A stretch of DNA of 64,000 nucleotides from Chiloscyllium plagiosum (taxonomy: Eukaryota). Within the stretch, counting starts at the first letter, position 1. Every line of letters starts with the position of its first letter. The notes beneath the pieces are model-generated. The model was given only the letters and a program-made list of their open reading frames with translations. It was not told where the DNA came from and made no database searches. The stretch covers positions 7,611,936 through 7,675,935 of the forward strand of contig NC_057749.1 of the NCBI RefSeq assembly GCF_004010195.1, in the 5' to 3' direction. Below are positions 1-13,127 of this stretch, piece by piece. The position numbers were made by a program, and so were the translations under genes.

Positions 1-1064
1 TTTCTTTAGATCCACTGGCAACATTATTTACCCAGTCCACCTGCATATTGAAGTCTCCCATGATCAATGTAACCTTGCCTTTCTGACATTCCTTCTCTAT
101 TTCCCGGTACATGTTGTGTCCCTGGTCCTGACCACTGTTAGGTGGTCTATACACAACTCCCAATTATGTTTTTTTTGCCTTTGTGGTTCCTCAATTCCAC
201 CCACACAGACTCCACACCATCCGACGCTATGTCATTCAATACCATAGATTTAATTTTGTTCTTAACTAACAAGGCAACCCCACCCCCTCTGCCCACTTCT
301 CTGTCTTTTCGATAAATTGAAAAACCATGGAGGTTTAACTGACAGTCCTGACCCCCCTGTAACCAAGTCTCTGTGATGCCTACTACATCATAATCATTCA
401 CTATTATCTGTGCCATTAGTTCATCGGCTTTGTTATGAATGCTACAAGCATTCAGGTAAAGTGCTTAATGCTAACTTCCTTATCATTAGAGATGTTGGAA
501 GTCATATGTCCTAAGTTATCCTTGCTTTTTACTGCATTCTCAGTCTGCCTCAATTTTAAATCCGCCTGGAAACATGCTATCCTGCTGCTTATCTTGCCAT
601 TTACCTCCATACTCCTTGTCGCTTTCACTTTCCCTTCCCCCCAACTCAGACGTTTAAAGTCCTACTGACCACCCTATTTATCCTCTTCGCTAGAACATTG
701 GTACCTGATCGGTTCAGGTGGAGACCGTCCCAACGGTACAGATCACCCCGTTCCAAAACTGATGCCAATGCCCCATGAAGTGGAATCCCTCTTTCCTATA
801 CCAATCCCTTAGCCACGTGTTTACTTGCCTAATTTTCTTGTCCCTATGCCAATTGGCAGGTGGCTCGGGCAGTAAACCGGAGATTATGACCCTCGAGGAC
901 CTGTGCTTCAATTTCCTGCCTAGTGCTTCGTAATGCCCAAACGTGTCCTCCACCCTAGTCTTGCCTATGTTGTTGGTACCAACGTGGACCACAACAACTG
1001 GATCCTCCCCCTCCCGCTCCAATATCCTTTCAAGCCGGTCGGAGATGTCTCGCACCCTGGCACT
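1..1064 (-). mobile_element. CR1 LINE fragment: ORF1 SGNH-esterase domain (714-1064) followed by the start of the ORF2 APE endonuclease (1-~430, frameshifted)
   Basis: ORF 714..1091 reads RVRDISDRLERIL...VVVVHVGTNNIG, typical of the CR1 ORF1 esterase; ORF 147..416 reads YDVVGITETWL...YRKDR..GRGGGVALLVK...ESVWVEL (APE endonuclease). Runs off the window start. Confidence 0.9.
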
Positions 1065-1445
1065 GAAACAGAACCTTTTGTTCCATTCCAACCATCATCC
1101 CAAACTTAACTAGTCCCACCTGCCTGCACTTGGGTCATATCCCTCCAAATATTTCTTATTCATACACTTATCTTTTTAACATTTTAACTGCATCCACCAC
1201 TTCCTCTGGAAGTTCATTCCACCCATGAACCATTCTCTGTGTAAAACAAAATGCCCCTCATGCCTTTTTGAAATCTTTCTCCTCTCACCTTAAAGATATG
1301 CCCTTTAGTCTTGAAATTCTGCACCCGAAGGAATAGACACCTGCCATTCACCTTGTCTATGACCCACATGATTTTATAAACCTTTATAAGGTCACCCCTC
1401 AAGCTCCTATGTCCCAGTGAAAAAACAAGGCCTAGCTTATCCATC
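1065..1445 (-). mobile_element. CR1/HER1 LINE 3' end
   Basis: Translation LFSL..RSLRGDLIKVYKIM..IDKVN is the CR1 ORF2 C-terminus, followed by a 3' UTR matching other CR1 copies in the window. Confidence 0.85.
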
Positions 1446-1689
1446 TGAGACTAAACATTCAAATATTCAATTCTAGATTCATTAGTGACTTTTGACTATC
1501 CTGGCGTTTTATGAACTTCTGTTCATTTGATATCTTGACTTTGTTTCGGTTTTTTCCCCACAGGTCCTTTGCTCCCTTGTGGAACTATCCATGGTGCTGA
1601 ATTTGCAAATTACGTTCAAGGTGATAAATGCTACATTTGGGAAAAAAAACTTTTTAACTGACTGGAAGAATAGAGATGGGCAACTTCTT

Positions 1690-2330
1690 ATCTAAATAGA
1701 GAGAAATGTCAGAATGCAATGGTGTAGAGGGTTCTGGGTGGACTTGTGCATGAATCACGGCAAACTAATATGCAGATACAGCAGGAAAAAAAGGCAGGCA
1801 AATGGAATTTTGCAAGGCATTAGTCAGACCACACCTGGAGTATAGCACACAATTTTGGTGCCATTAGTTGGAGTGGAGATGGAGTTGCACTAGAGGAACG
1901 TTAGAGGAGATTCATAGAGGGGTGTTCCTTAAGAAGAGAGATTTGTACTGTATAGAGGTTAGAAGGCAGATAGGAGATGTAATTGACATATAAAAGATCA
2001 CAAAGGGGATTGACGATAGTAGATGTATAGAGGACGTTTCCTTCATGGGGCTATCTAGAATGAGGGATTGTAGTTTTTGGATAAGGGGTAGAAGATTTAA
2101 GGCAGATGAGGAGAAATTATTTCTCTCAAATGGTTACAAATCTGTGGAAATCACTCCCCAGAGTGTGTTGGATGCCAGGATGTTGAGTAAATAGATTTTG
2201 ATTAGCAATGGGTTAAAGGATTAAGGGGAGTGGGCAGGAAAGTGGAGTTGAGGCTGAGCTAAGATCAGCCAAGATCGTACTAAGTGGCGGAGTAAGCACG
2301 AGGGGCTGAATGGCCTACTCCTCCTTCTGC
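1690..2330 (+). mobile_element. Degenerate CR1 LINE 3' portion
   Basis: agtcagaccacacctggagtat (VRPHLEY) motif and the CR1 3' UTR gggctgaatggcctactcct. Confidence 0.75.
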
Positions 2331-2539
2331 TAGTTTTATCTCTTCCAAGTTCTCAGCCAAGGGACTTCAAGACTGTTAAAAGTGTTTTCTTTCAAATGTA
2401 AAATTAAGTGGAGTCCCCGACTGCCTCCTTGGATCAATGCAGAAAGTCAAAATAGCACCATAGGACCTAAGAATAGGTGAATATCCCTGAGTATTCTGGT
2501 CAAAATCTATCAAGGTGACAGAGGGCTGCTGATCATCAA

Positions 2540-2680
2540 CCACTTTGCTCTTTTTGAGAGTTTCCCCATATACAAATTAACTGCTTTATCTCCTAAATTA
2601 CAGCAGTGGCTACACATCAAAAGCACTTTGGGATTCTCCAAACTCATGAAAGGTGCTAAATAAATGTATCTTTTCATTTC
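2540..2680 (+). mobile_element. Deu-SINE (SacSINE1-like) 3' fragment
   Basis: aaattaactgc...ttacagcagtggctacac...aagcactttggga...gaaaggtgct matches the tail of the copies at 21050, 31590 and 62720. Confidence 0.55.
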
Positions 2681-4384
2681 TTCCACTTGTCATAGCAACA
2701 AAGAAAAATCTCAACTGGCTACAAGACAAAACGCCCTTTCCCTCAAAGGAAATCATAGATCTTTCTAGTCATCAGTTGCTATAAGATAAGAAAAAGCAAT
2801 AAAAATCATAGTTTTGCAGGACTCCGATTTTACTATACCTGGCAAGTGATACAATGCCTGTAGGAAATGTGCCAGTAAGAATGAACACAAAACTTAAAGA
2901 ACGTGAGAGCAAGGAGAACCTGAGGATTTTATAGTTGCCACATAGCTGAACAAGGCATAATCTTGAATTACATCTCCCGTCACTGTGCATAGAGTGGATT
3001 GCAGATATTTAGAATGTGTGCGTCAGAATGGTAGTCATAGGATATATAACTACAATTAAAATGGAGATTGAGCCATCAAAATCTTTAAACGTATCCATTC
3101 CTCCCAACACTTACAACTTGTGATTGAACTCGGTCATGAATCAATGCGAGCAACAGCAAATCTCAAATTGCTGATGCATTGTACCTAATAGCTGTAGAGT
3201 GAAGGAATACACTGAAAATGAAGAATGCCAGTCAATAACAAAGCAGTATTCCAACTGAAGGGCTCAGATAATGTAAACTATAAAGACCAATGTCATTTTT
3301 AGTCAAGTTTAGATTCTTGCAAGTTATTATTTTTTATAATATTTTCAAATGTTATCAGTACAGGGACACATTGTTCAGGGTGAAACATAGTTCAGAATCC
3401 TGATAATAAATCTGTCATAGGGAATGTAGCATTGTGACATTATATTTACTTCAGTAAATAATAAAACTCAATTTTAACAGAAAATTGATTTAAGTAGTCG
3501 GGTGGCTTATAAACAAAGATATTATTATGTATATGTTCCATCAGGGAAAAGCAATGCAAAATTTAGGATGTGCTGTAGATGTAATTGCAGCTTATACACA
3601 AGTAAATATGGCATCCACTACCATTTATCTGTTAAGACAGTGCTGTTTCTTTCGACACAAAGTGGATTGTCACAATTATTCTTACACACATCAGTTAAAG
3701 TGCAAACAATCAAAAATGGTATTTATCGACTCTTCTGTGTTTTTGCTTTCATTTTAACACTGACAAATTTGCTGGAGTCACAACGACAGAGCAGCTCCTG
3801 CTATTTTTAGTCCCTTTATAAATGATCTCCCTGAAATTGAAGTCTGTCTGGCAAAGTATAGCTTCCAACAAATCAATACAAAAAAGTTTGAATCCACCAC
3901 AGTAGGGGGAATCAATGAGTGCTCTCTCCCTCTGTCTCTATCTTTCTCCCCTCGCCAGTACCTCTCTTCGAAGAAAACATATCAATTTGACTTTTACGCC
4001 CACGACAGTATAACTGCAGCCAAGCCTGAAGCCAGAAGTTCTTAAGTGGTTCATTAAACCACCGGGGAGCCTGTTAAAGTTAATTTTAGACTTCCTTTAC
4101 CATTAAAAAAAAAATTAACCAGTATTCAGATACTAGGAAGGAGAATACTAGTGCCCCAAAATAAAGAGGGGGCCGGAACTTGATTGAGAGAGTGCAGGTA
4201 TAAGTGCTGGCTGAAAGGTGACTCTGTGGAGTGGGCTTTTAGATTCACATTTTCTATTTCTGACACCCACTCAAAATATATACAAGTGATACTTATCAAT
4301 TTTCCCAAAGAAAACAGTGTTTAGAAGAATGAAGGATTCAATACTGATACAAATGAGATATTGCTTTACAAACATTAATAGGAT

Positions 4385-4695
4385 ATGTACATATGAACAA
4401 GGAACAACAATAGGCCACTTGCCCCTTCAAGCCGGCTCTCCCATTCCATAAGATCACATTTGAATCTGAACTCTACATATCCCTGATAATCTTTCATCCC
4501 CTTGGTAAACAAAGAAACCTCTGCCTTAAAAACATTTAGAGATTCTGCAATTTTTCTGCCTTTTGGAGGAAAGACTCCCAACCTGCAAAGATAAAGAAAC
4601 ATTTCCTCATCTCGGTCCCTTGTTTTTAAGCTATAATCCTTGGTTTTAGATTATCCCACAAGAGAACACCCACCCAGTCAAGCCCCCTCAGGCTT
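4385..4695 (-). mobile_element. CR1 LINE 3' fragment
   Basis: Reverse complement of the CR1 3' UTR (taggccacttgccccttcaagcc). Confidence 0.65.
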
Positions 4696-6357
4696 GGAGA
4701 GAAAAGATTCAAAATGGTGACAATTTGCTGTCAATATGAGTTTGATAAATGTGCATCAAATATTGTAAGGGAGTTTTTTGGTAGACTAGTTGACATATGG
4801 ACCAAAACCCTTGGTTCAACTCCCACGACGGATTTCTAATCTCTCAAATGTACATTTGTAACATGGACAAACAGGTTGATTATTAGCTAAGACGGAAAAC
4901 CCCAAGAATGGGAGAGTTTCCTTGTTGGCCAGACTTCAGAGGCAACAGCCAAACCAATGCAGCATCGTGTCCACAAAAAATGGATTCATCCAATGGAAAG
5001 CAAATGACCCAAGACTTTGAATTGAGGCTGGAAGAAAAAAATGGATCAAAAGCCACCAAATGTCCATCACAGAACAATTCAGCCCAATACAGAAGAATTT
5101 ATCCTCCATATGACAATGCTGCTGTTCTACCTAAGTATTGTCCTATGCGTTTTTACTGTCCATTTATAAGGACAAGGCATCTGTGATACTCACCTCAATC
5201 ATTCCATCTGGGATAGGGTTCCAAATTCTCCTACTCTCTGGGTAAAAGCAATTATAATCACTCTTTGCTCCAGTTTTAAAGTATTGTAAAGTATTCTGCC
5301 CTACATCTTACACACAAAAAATCACCCTGAGTATGGTTGAGAAATCTTGCTTTAGTATCAAAAGTCCAGGATTTATAAATATTATTAAAACACAGAAGAA
5401 ACCATCAACTTAAGCATAAACTCTCTCTTCCAATGCCTTCAACTTATGATTGAATTCTGTAGCGCATCATTGTGTCGAACAGCAGGAGGCAAGAATTCCT
5501 TTGATTGCTCTGTGCAGTAATATCGTAAATGTGCTTGTGGAGGTTAACTTGGTTCACCATTTCAAGCGGAGAACGGAAATCTTTCATGAACACATTTAAG
5601 ATGTCATTGCACATAACGACTAGAGGAAATCTTTGCCCCTCTGACTCAAAATCCTGTGAATACTGTACTTTGTGGCTTCCTTTCACTTTGCCACTCATGG
5701 ATTCAGTTCCAGTGCACAACATAAGCCATTCAAACAAACACCAAGAATGGCGAAAATTAAGTAACGGGAATGTACAGTTAGAAAAGATACTGGGGTTGGA
5801 TACAAACTATGAATGTGTGGTGCTATTTGAAATTACATACTACAGAATAGAATCAATCATAGGGTCCAATCAATCAATGCCAATGTCTATGACCCAAATA
5901 AGCATCCTTGCTCTCTACCACCAAATCATTCTATTTCTTTCTCCTTTGCATTGGATGGTATGGCTTCTCATTGCATTTTATGAGCAGCTTATTATGCTGG
6001 GAGTTGCTGCCACTGTCCTCTTCCAATGTGGGAAACTACAGGACTTGCTTGGTTTAGTGTGGTCTAACAATATATTTTATTTGTAGTTAACAAGATCCAG
6101 TTAATTTCATCTTAACAACTGGTTGCTTTAATATAGAGTTGTACTACAGGAACTTTGAGGAGGACCATCTGTTAGGTCACACTCTATTGAGATTCTAAGA
6201 TGTTTTGTTCACAAGTTTGAATGATATCATTTTAGGCGGTGTTTATCCTACCCCTTTCAGACCCAAATACTACATTCAATAAGAAATAAGATAGGGTCAT
6301 TAAATGTGTGCAGGCTGTTCGCTTCAACTATATTGTTATGTGGGTGGTCTTGTATGA

Positions 6358-6748
6358 ATCATAGAATCCCTACAGTGTGGAAGCAGGCTATTAGGCCCAT
6401 CGAGTCCACACTGATCCTTCAAAAAGCATTGCACCCAGACCTACCCTATCCCTGTAACCCTGCATTTCTCACCCAACCTGAGCATCCCTGGATATTATGG
6501 GCAATTTAGCATGGCCAATCCACCTAACCAGTACACCTCTGGTTGGAGGAGAAAACTGGAGCACCTAGAGGAAACCCATGTAGATACAGGGAGAATGTGC
6601 AAACTCCACACAGATAGTTCATCCAAGGCAGGAATCGAACCCGGGTCCTTGACGCTGTGAGGCAGCAGTAGATTAGATTAGATTAGATTACTGCAGGAAT
6701 CGAACCCGGGTCCTTGACGCTGTGAGGCAGCAGTACTAACTGATGAGA
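6358..6748 (-). mobile_element. HE1 SINE (V-SINE) with an internal 43-bp duplication
   Basis: tRNA-derived head (ggaatcgaacccggg, B-box reverse complement), V-domain ggaaacccatgtagatacagggagaatgtgcaaactccaca and CR1-like tail. Confidence 0.9.
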
Positions 6749-6823
6749 TTGGGTGTATAATCACAAAAGAGATTCTGGAGTCCAAGATATTCTCAAAGCA
6801 AAGGTTTATTCATGCTATGTTAA

Positions 6824-7690
6824 GGGGAGTTGGTGGCGTAGTGGTAACGTTGTTGGATAAGTAATCCAGAGGCCTAAGCTACTGCTTGGGACTCATGTGG
6901 TCAAATCCCACCATGGCAGTTGTGGAATTAAATTTCAATTTCTAAACTTGCAACGTTAAGCTTCTCTCAACAATAGTGATTGCAGTAATTGAAACCAGGT
7001 GGATCTTATTGACTATGAGCTCCTTGATTGGTCCAGGCTAACAAACCCAATCAGGAATCCCTGGCTGACCAAGATAAACAGGGGATTTGCCAGAAGGTGG
7101 GAGCTTGTTGGGTTTTTTTGGGGGGGTGGTATCTGTATTTTATGTACTGTTTCTTCTGTAATTGGACTGTCTTATTTGTACAAATATCATTGTTACTGCT
7201 TGTAATGATTGAAATTGGGATTTGAGGTTTGTCCTCATTGCCCTGAAAACCGGTTGAATGTCAGGGTTTGGGGCTTGGCTTTGCCACTCCTTTCCCTTGT
7301 AAAATTGCTGTTTCTCTGTATACAGCTGTAAATGCTAATTGTTTTGTAAACGGTGAATTGTGTAATAAAATACAAAAAAACAGGGTGTTTAGAATCCCCT
7401 CAGTTTAGGGTTCTGATTCCAAGGTGGGTGGCCATGGCCAGTGTAATGTGCACAAGTAAATATACAGGGATGGGATACTGGCCTCTGTGCAGTTATTTCA
7501 ATGACCATGATGAAATTGTCTGCCTCATGAATGAAGGCAATCTGTCATCTTTGTTATCTGACCTACAGGTGTGTACAGACCTACAGTCATGTGATTGACT
7601 GGACCGGCCAGTCAGCTTAGCTCTAGGGCAATTAGTAATGGGCAACAAAGGCTGGACTTGCCAACAACCCCTATATCCCATAAACAAAAC
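6824..7690 (+). mobile_element. tRNA-head SINE (called family B here), interrupted by an L1/Tx1-like 3' end at ~6995-7381
   Basis: Head ggtggcgtagtggtaa...tcaaatcccacc; body resumes at ~7495 and ends gggcaacaaaggctgg...atccca. The inserted piece is T-rich and ends aataaaatacaaaaaaa. Confidence 0.6.
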
Positions 7691-7882
7691 ATTACAATAT
7701 AGTTAGTCCACCCGTAAGACTTGTTTCTTGCTTCTCATTTCAAAGACTCATGTAATTTATATAATCACTGTCAGTGCTTTTCTATTTAGGTAGTTATGTT
7801 AACTCTTTACTCTACAAATCATACAATCTTTTGCAGAAAATTCCATATTTTAACCACAGTCTAGGGAAATAATGTCCAATGT

Positions 7883-8155
7883 GGGATGACACAGTGGTTG
7901 GTACTGCTCACACATGCCAGGGACCTGCATTTGATTCCACCCTTTGGTGACTTGTGTGGAGCTTGCGCATTCTCCCTGTATCTGTGTGGGTTTCCTTTGG
8001 GTGCTCCAGTTTCCTCCCACAGTCCAGAGATGTGGAGGTTAGGGTGGATAAACCATGGGAAATGCAGAGTTACAGGAATAGGATAAGGGATGAGATGCTC
8101 TTCACACGATCAGTGTGGGCTGAATGGCTTGCTTTCACACTGTAGGGATTCTACT
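7883..8155 (+). mobile_element. HE1 SINE
   Basis: cagtggttggtactgct...tgtgtggagcttgcgcattctccc...cacactgtagggattcta. Confidence 0.9.
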
Positions 8156-8612
8156 GACTTCAATATTGAGCAGAACAGATAATGGAGTCCAATATGGTTC
8201 AGGTCACTTTGTGTCCCCATCCAAAGTGATTTTCACCTTCCAATTTCTAGACCAAATTCCAGAGTTAAAATAAATTCTGATGTTTTTGGTAAATGTGTGT
8301 GACATGATATCCATTCTTCATCATAATAAACTGAACCTTTTCACCTCCTTTGGAAGCTAGTACTGAAGCATTACTTAATAGATCCCAACTCCAATTTTAA
8401 TGGGGTGCTTTAAATTAATTATTTCAAACTGAATAAATACTTTTTTCCCTAAAATAGCACACATAAAGCACCACTGATCCAGAATCACATAAAATACCTG
8501 TTGATCTTCCCAATTTGAATCACTACTGTCTAGAAAAGAATAACAGAAAATGAATGGATTTGTAACAGTGGTATGACTTTTACATGGAGATTTGGACAAT
8601 ATCTGTGTTAGA

Positions 8613-8925
8613 GTAGATTAGATTCCGTACAGTGTGGAAACAGGCCCTTTGGCCCAACGACTCCACACTGACCCTCCAAAGAGTAACCCACCCAGACCCA
8701 TTTCCCTCTAACTAATGCACCTAACACTATGGGCAATTTAACATGGCCAATTCACCTGAACAGCTCATCTTTGGACTGTGGGAGGAAACTGGAGCACCCA
8801 GAGGAAATCCACGCAGACCCAGGGAGAATGTGCAAACTCCACACAGGCAAACAGGTCTAGAATTGAACCTAGGACCCTGGCGCTGTGAGGCAGCAGTACT
8901 AACCACTGAGCCACCGTGCTGCCCA
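8613..8925 (-). mobile_element. HE1 SINE
   Basis: Full-length reverse-complement copy with (GATTA)n tail. Confidence 0.92.
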
Positions 8926-9616
8926 TAGTTTTATTTATGTTATTTAAAACCTAACCCCTTATCCTCTTCATTACAATGGCTGCCTACTTCAGCCTCTGAT
9001 TACTTGCTTCTTCACTTCCCTGGTCTACCTGTTGCAGGACAATACCCACCTGTTAACGTTGCCACTGGTTATAAAGGGTTAGGCATAGCAATTGCAGTGT
9101 CGACATATTCACATGCAGTTTCTCCAGCTGTGACCATGCACAGACCTCAGGAGGTTCACACAGTAATTCAAAAGAATGCAGCTCCCACCTCCTCAACCAT
9201 GTCCTTTAAGCTTATCCAAACCTGTGCTGCCCATAACTCACGTAGTTTCTTTTCTAGTTGCCCCTATGCCTCCAAAGTATCTTGCTTCCCAATTCCTCAA
9301 ATACATCAAGTCTATTCTCACGATTCAATGTCTTTATATCTCCTTATCCCATTAGACTTACAAATAGCACCTCCTTTTGTTCCCACAATTATACTTTCCT
9401 TTTCTTGACTCCTCTATCCACATAGTTCCCATTGCTGGCCGACATTGTTGTTCTATGTTTCACAGCTAACATGCAATGTACCTTCAATAGTACATTAATC
9501 AGACTTCAACTCATTCAGTCCTCTCTCTCTCGTGCAGCATGACACACCCTGAAAACATAAAGCTACAGTTTATATCCATCCAAATTACATAACCTGAGCT
9601 CACAGATAGAGTATAA

Positions 9617-10250
9617 TGAAGATGGCAGCATAGAAGCAGGGTGGAGCTTGGGGATAATCCTTTCTCTTTTTACTTTTCCCCTCTTTTTATTTTGTTTCCA
9701 TTTCCTTTTCTTTTAAAGCCTAGAGGGTCAGGATGAAAGAGGATGGCTGGAGCAGCAGCAATAACAGGATGAGCCAGACATGGCTGCACCCCAGGTGAGG
9801 ATTAGAGCCAAGGCTAACTCCTCCAACCTCCCCACCTCCAGCCCTCGCCCCTCCTCGGCCTGGACTTGCAGGCTGAGCTGAGACGCCAGGCCCACAGCTA
9901 GGTTTGGGCGCCTGAAGGAGCCGAAGCCTTGGTGAAAGGGAGGGAGTGTGGATCGGCAACAGTGGGATGGGGAACAGTAGAGATGGAACCCACGCATCCC
10001 TAGGCCTATGGCTCCAGTTCAGATGTGGTGCTCACGATTGTGACGGTGGAAGAGACCTGTCAGAAACCCCCAGCCAATGCCAAGCAGGGGAGGAACAAAG
10101 AGAAGGGGGAAAAAATGAACTCTATTGCGATAAAATCCTCCATTATATTCAAGATGAGCCGGAGCATGGCAGCACTCAGTTTTATACCACTTTGAAAAAT
10201 CCCTTTTTGCTATATTTCCATATACATGTGACAATAAATCTAAACCAAAC
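9617..10250 (+). mobile_element. Non-coding element with a Rex1/Babar-type 3' tail
   Basis: Begins aagatggcagc, has a pyrimidine tract and a GC-rich body, ends tacatgtgacaataaatctaaa like the Rex1-type fragment ending at 57320. Confidence 0.55.
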
Positions 10251-10373
10251 ACAGAATATGCAGCTGCTAGGAGCTGTAAGAACAGCTTGTTGAATGTTTA
10301 GTACCATGTCTAATTATTGTGTTACTTTCTTGTCCTGGTGTTCAAATCCCTCCCCTGAGTTCGCCATGAGAAA

Positions 10374-10698
10374 ATTAGAATCCCTACAGTGTGGAAGCAG
10401 GCCATTCAGCCCCTCAAGTCCATACTGACCCATCCCACGCAAACGCAACCTCCACTCTATCGCTGTAACCCTGCATTTCCCATGGCTAACCCACTTAACC
10501 TGCACATTCTTGAACGCTATGGGTAATTTAGCATTGCCAATCCACCTAGGCTGCACATCTTTGGTTTGTGGGAGGAAACCAGAGCACCCAGAGGAAACCC
10601 ACACAGACACGGGTTGAATATGCAAACTCCACACAGAGGGTGGAATCAAACCTGGATCCAGGTGCTGAGAGGCAGCAGCGCTGACCACTGAGCCGCCT
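10374..10698 (-). mobile_element. HE1 SINE
   Basis: Reverse-complement head, V-domain and tail all present. Confidence 0.9.
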
Positions 10699-10974
10699 TG
10701 CTTTTCTCATTGTTTCTGCAAGCCCCCTCCTCAACTCTCATTCCCAAAACCCAAAAAGTTCTATTCTTAGGCTCCAGATCCTGCCATAACACTCCCCATT
10801 TGCCCTCCCAGTGAAGGCTATAACTTCAGTCACATGTGCCAATATGATACAACCCTATGTCAAACGCAGCCCTCTCCTTGAAGCCAAGATTCTCCTTCAA
10901 ACAAGTGTCCGGTCACTTTCCTAATCTGTTAGTCAATGGATCAGAATAGCCCTTAAAAAGGGAGAGAGTGATTG

Positions 10975-11335
10975 AGAGTAGACCAGAAATCCAGGAACTC
11001 TGAACCAAAGTTCTGGGGAAAGGAGGTCAAATCTAGAGCACTTGGTGGAATTCAAACCCCACAAAAATATAACCAGGATAGAAAGCTAATCTCAGTAATG
11101 GTGACCATTACAAGTAGCATCAATTGCCGTGATAACTCTCCTGATTCATTAAAAACCCTTTAAGAAAGGAAATCTGCCATTCTTATCTGGTCTGACCTAC
11201 ATGTGACTCCCGATCCACAGGAGTCTTAAGTGCTTGACTCCTAACTGCCCTGTGAAAATGGCTCTGACAAGCCGCTCAGCTCAAGGCTAATTAGGGATGG
11301 CCTTGCCAGCGTTGCCCACATCTCAAGAAAAAAGT
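10975..11335 (+). mobile_element. tRNA-head SINE family B
   Basis: Core ggaaatctgccattcttatctggtctgacctacatgtgactcc and tail ttagggatggccttgccagcgttgcccacatc. Confidence 0.75.
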
Positions 11336-11514
11336 ATTAATCTAAAAGGAACACCCCTTGGAAGCAGCACAAGATGCAAGATTCTGTACAGAATGGAAGG
11401 TGAGGGCTGAATGCAATCTGTTTGCTGCTGTTATCAACAGGCATTGGGGAAGAAGTGTCAGGGATGTGATTGAAGTTGCAAGCCCATGGAATTACAATGC
11501 TGCAAAAACGATGG

Positions 11515-11600
11515 AGTGAGTGAAGAGCGAGAGAGAGTGAGAACGCGAGAGAGGGGGAGAGGGAGAGAGAGAGAGAGTGCGATACAGAGACAGACAGATG
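11515..11600 (+). repeat. Imperfect (GA)n microsatellite
   Basis: gagagagtgagaacgcgagagagggggagagggagagagagagag. Confidence 0.85.
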
Positions 11601-12387
11601 GTTTGAAGAAAAAGCATAACTGCAATGTGGAAATGTGCTCCAGTGGCAGTTTAATTAGAAATTAATTGCAGATGTGATTCTAATGCACACACACAAGGAG
11701 AACAAGTACAAAGTAAATAAACATGAGGAAACGTCTTTCCATTGAAGCATAAATAGTAAGCATCGGCGAGCTTGGAGTCCTAGCTTTAATAGCTGTTTGA
11801 ATTATTTCTGCAATATCTTATTAAAAAGAACACGGCAGCAAGGACATTAATCATTCATGCCAAGATAAACGGTGCTACAATTTGTTGAAATTGAGAGTTG
11901 GGACAAAATGCATCTCCAGGAGACAAATGGATGCACCTCCACATTCTGGCATCTATATTGCCAGGCAACCGGCTTTCATTCAACTCCAAGTAACTAGCAA
12001 GGGATATGTGAATAAAGACTGAGGTTGCAGAAGGTGGTGAGGGAGAGAGAAAAAAAAATGTTTGGAGATTAATCTAGTGTCGACTGATTATTGAAATTTA
12101 CTTGGCTTTAGTCGAAGCTGGAGAATAGCACTGATTTTTCTCTTTGCAGTTTACTTGCCTCTATCTCCAAAGCTTGGCTTGCAACCAAGATAAAACCAGT
12201 CACAACTGCCAAGGAACTTCCCACCACCCGTTCTGCACTGGATAACTCTAGAGTAAGAGATGGGAAGGTTGGGGAGTAATTAAGTGGACTCAATTTATGT
12301 CATTGATTATTCAAAGTGATTACCTTGGTGCTGACATGAACCTAACACTGATGAAAATTCCCAGATTCACGAGAGCATAGACTCCAG

Positions 12388-12495
12388 AGGCTCTTGTCGT
12401 AGTGTCCCTACATCTGGGCCAGGAGGGCTTGGTTCAAGTTCCACCTGTTCCAGAGGTGTGTTGTGACATCTCTGAACATGTTGATCAGAAAAGTC
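12388..12495 (+). mobile_element. Short (~110 bp) tRNA-derived SINE (called family C here)
   Basis: gggctcttg...gtagtgtccctac...ggttcaagttccacctgttccagagg...catctctgaaca; recurs at about 14040(-), 16155, 44210, 48885, 57497 and 57648. Confidence 0.7.
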
Positions 12496-12519
12496 TAGAC
12501 TGCTGGAATTGGACATATA

Positions 12520-13125
12520 CAGATTGCAAAAAGCCATATGGGTGGCGGGGATGGGATGGAGTACAAAATGTTGGAGAGTATTGTTACAAGTTGTACAGGG
12601 CATTGATGGGACAACCTCTGAAGTACTGTGTACAGTTTCACTTTTCTAACTTGAGAAAGGACATTGCATGAGAAGAGTTCAGAGTAGATTCACTTAGCTC
12701 ACGCTGGAGTTGAACAATCTCAGTATGAGAGATTGGACTGACTGACCCTACATTAGAAGAATGGAAGGCAATTTTATCAAAATAACCTCCTCAGGGAATT
12801 ATATAGGTATTCTGAGAGGATGTTCTCCCAGTTGGTTGTGTCTTGTAGGGGTTGGGGGTGACTAGAACTAAGGGACACAATTGAAAAATAAGAGATCTCC
12901 CATTTAAGATGGGTAAAAGGTTAACTTACATGTTTCTGCCAGAGAGTCAGTTGGATGTGGAATCATTTTCCTTAAAGAGTACTGGTGGTAGGGTCATTGA
13001 CTTTTGTTTTTAAGACAGTAGGAGATGGATACTTCATTTAAGATGGAAATACAATGGGTGCTAGCAGTAGATAGGAAAACAGAGGTGACATTACAATCAG
13101 ACTCTTATCAAATGGTACAACAAGA
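12520..13125 (+). mobile_element. Degenerate CR1 LINE 3' portion
   Basis: KLYRALM..PLKYCVQF motif in ORF 12402..12671. Confidence 0.75.
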
Positions 13126-13127
13126 TT

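Noticed and set aside
5529..6086. 185-aa + strand ORF
   Set aside because: Non-ATG start, no recognisable domain, and its 3' part appears to run into decayed repeat-like sequence
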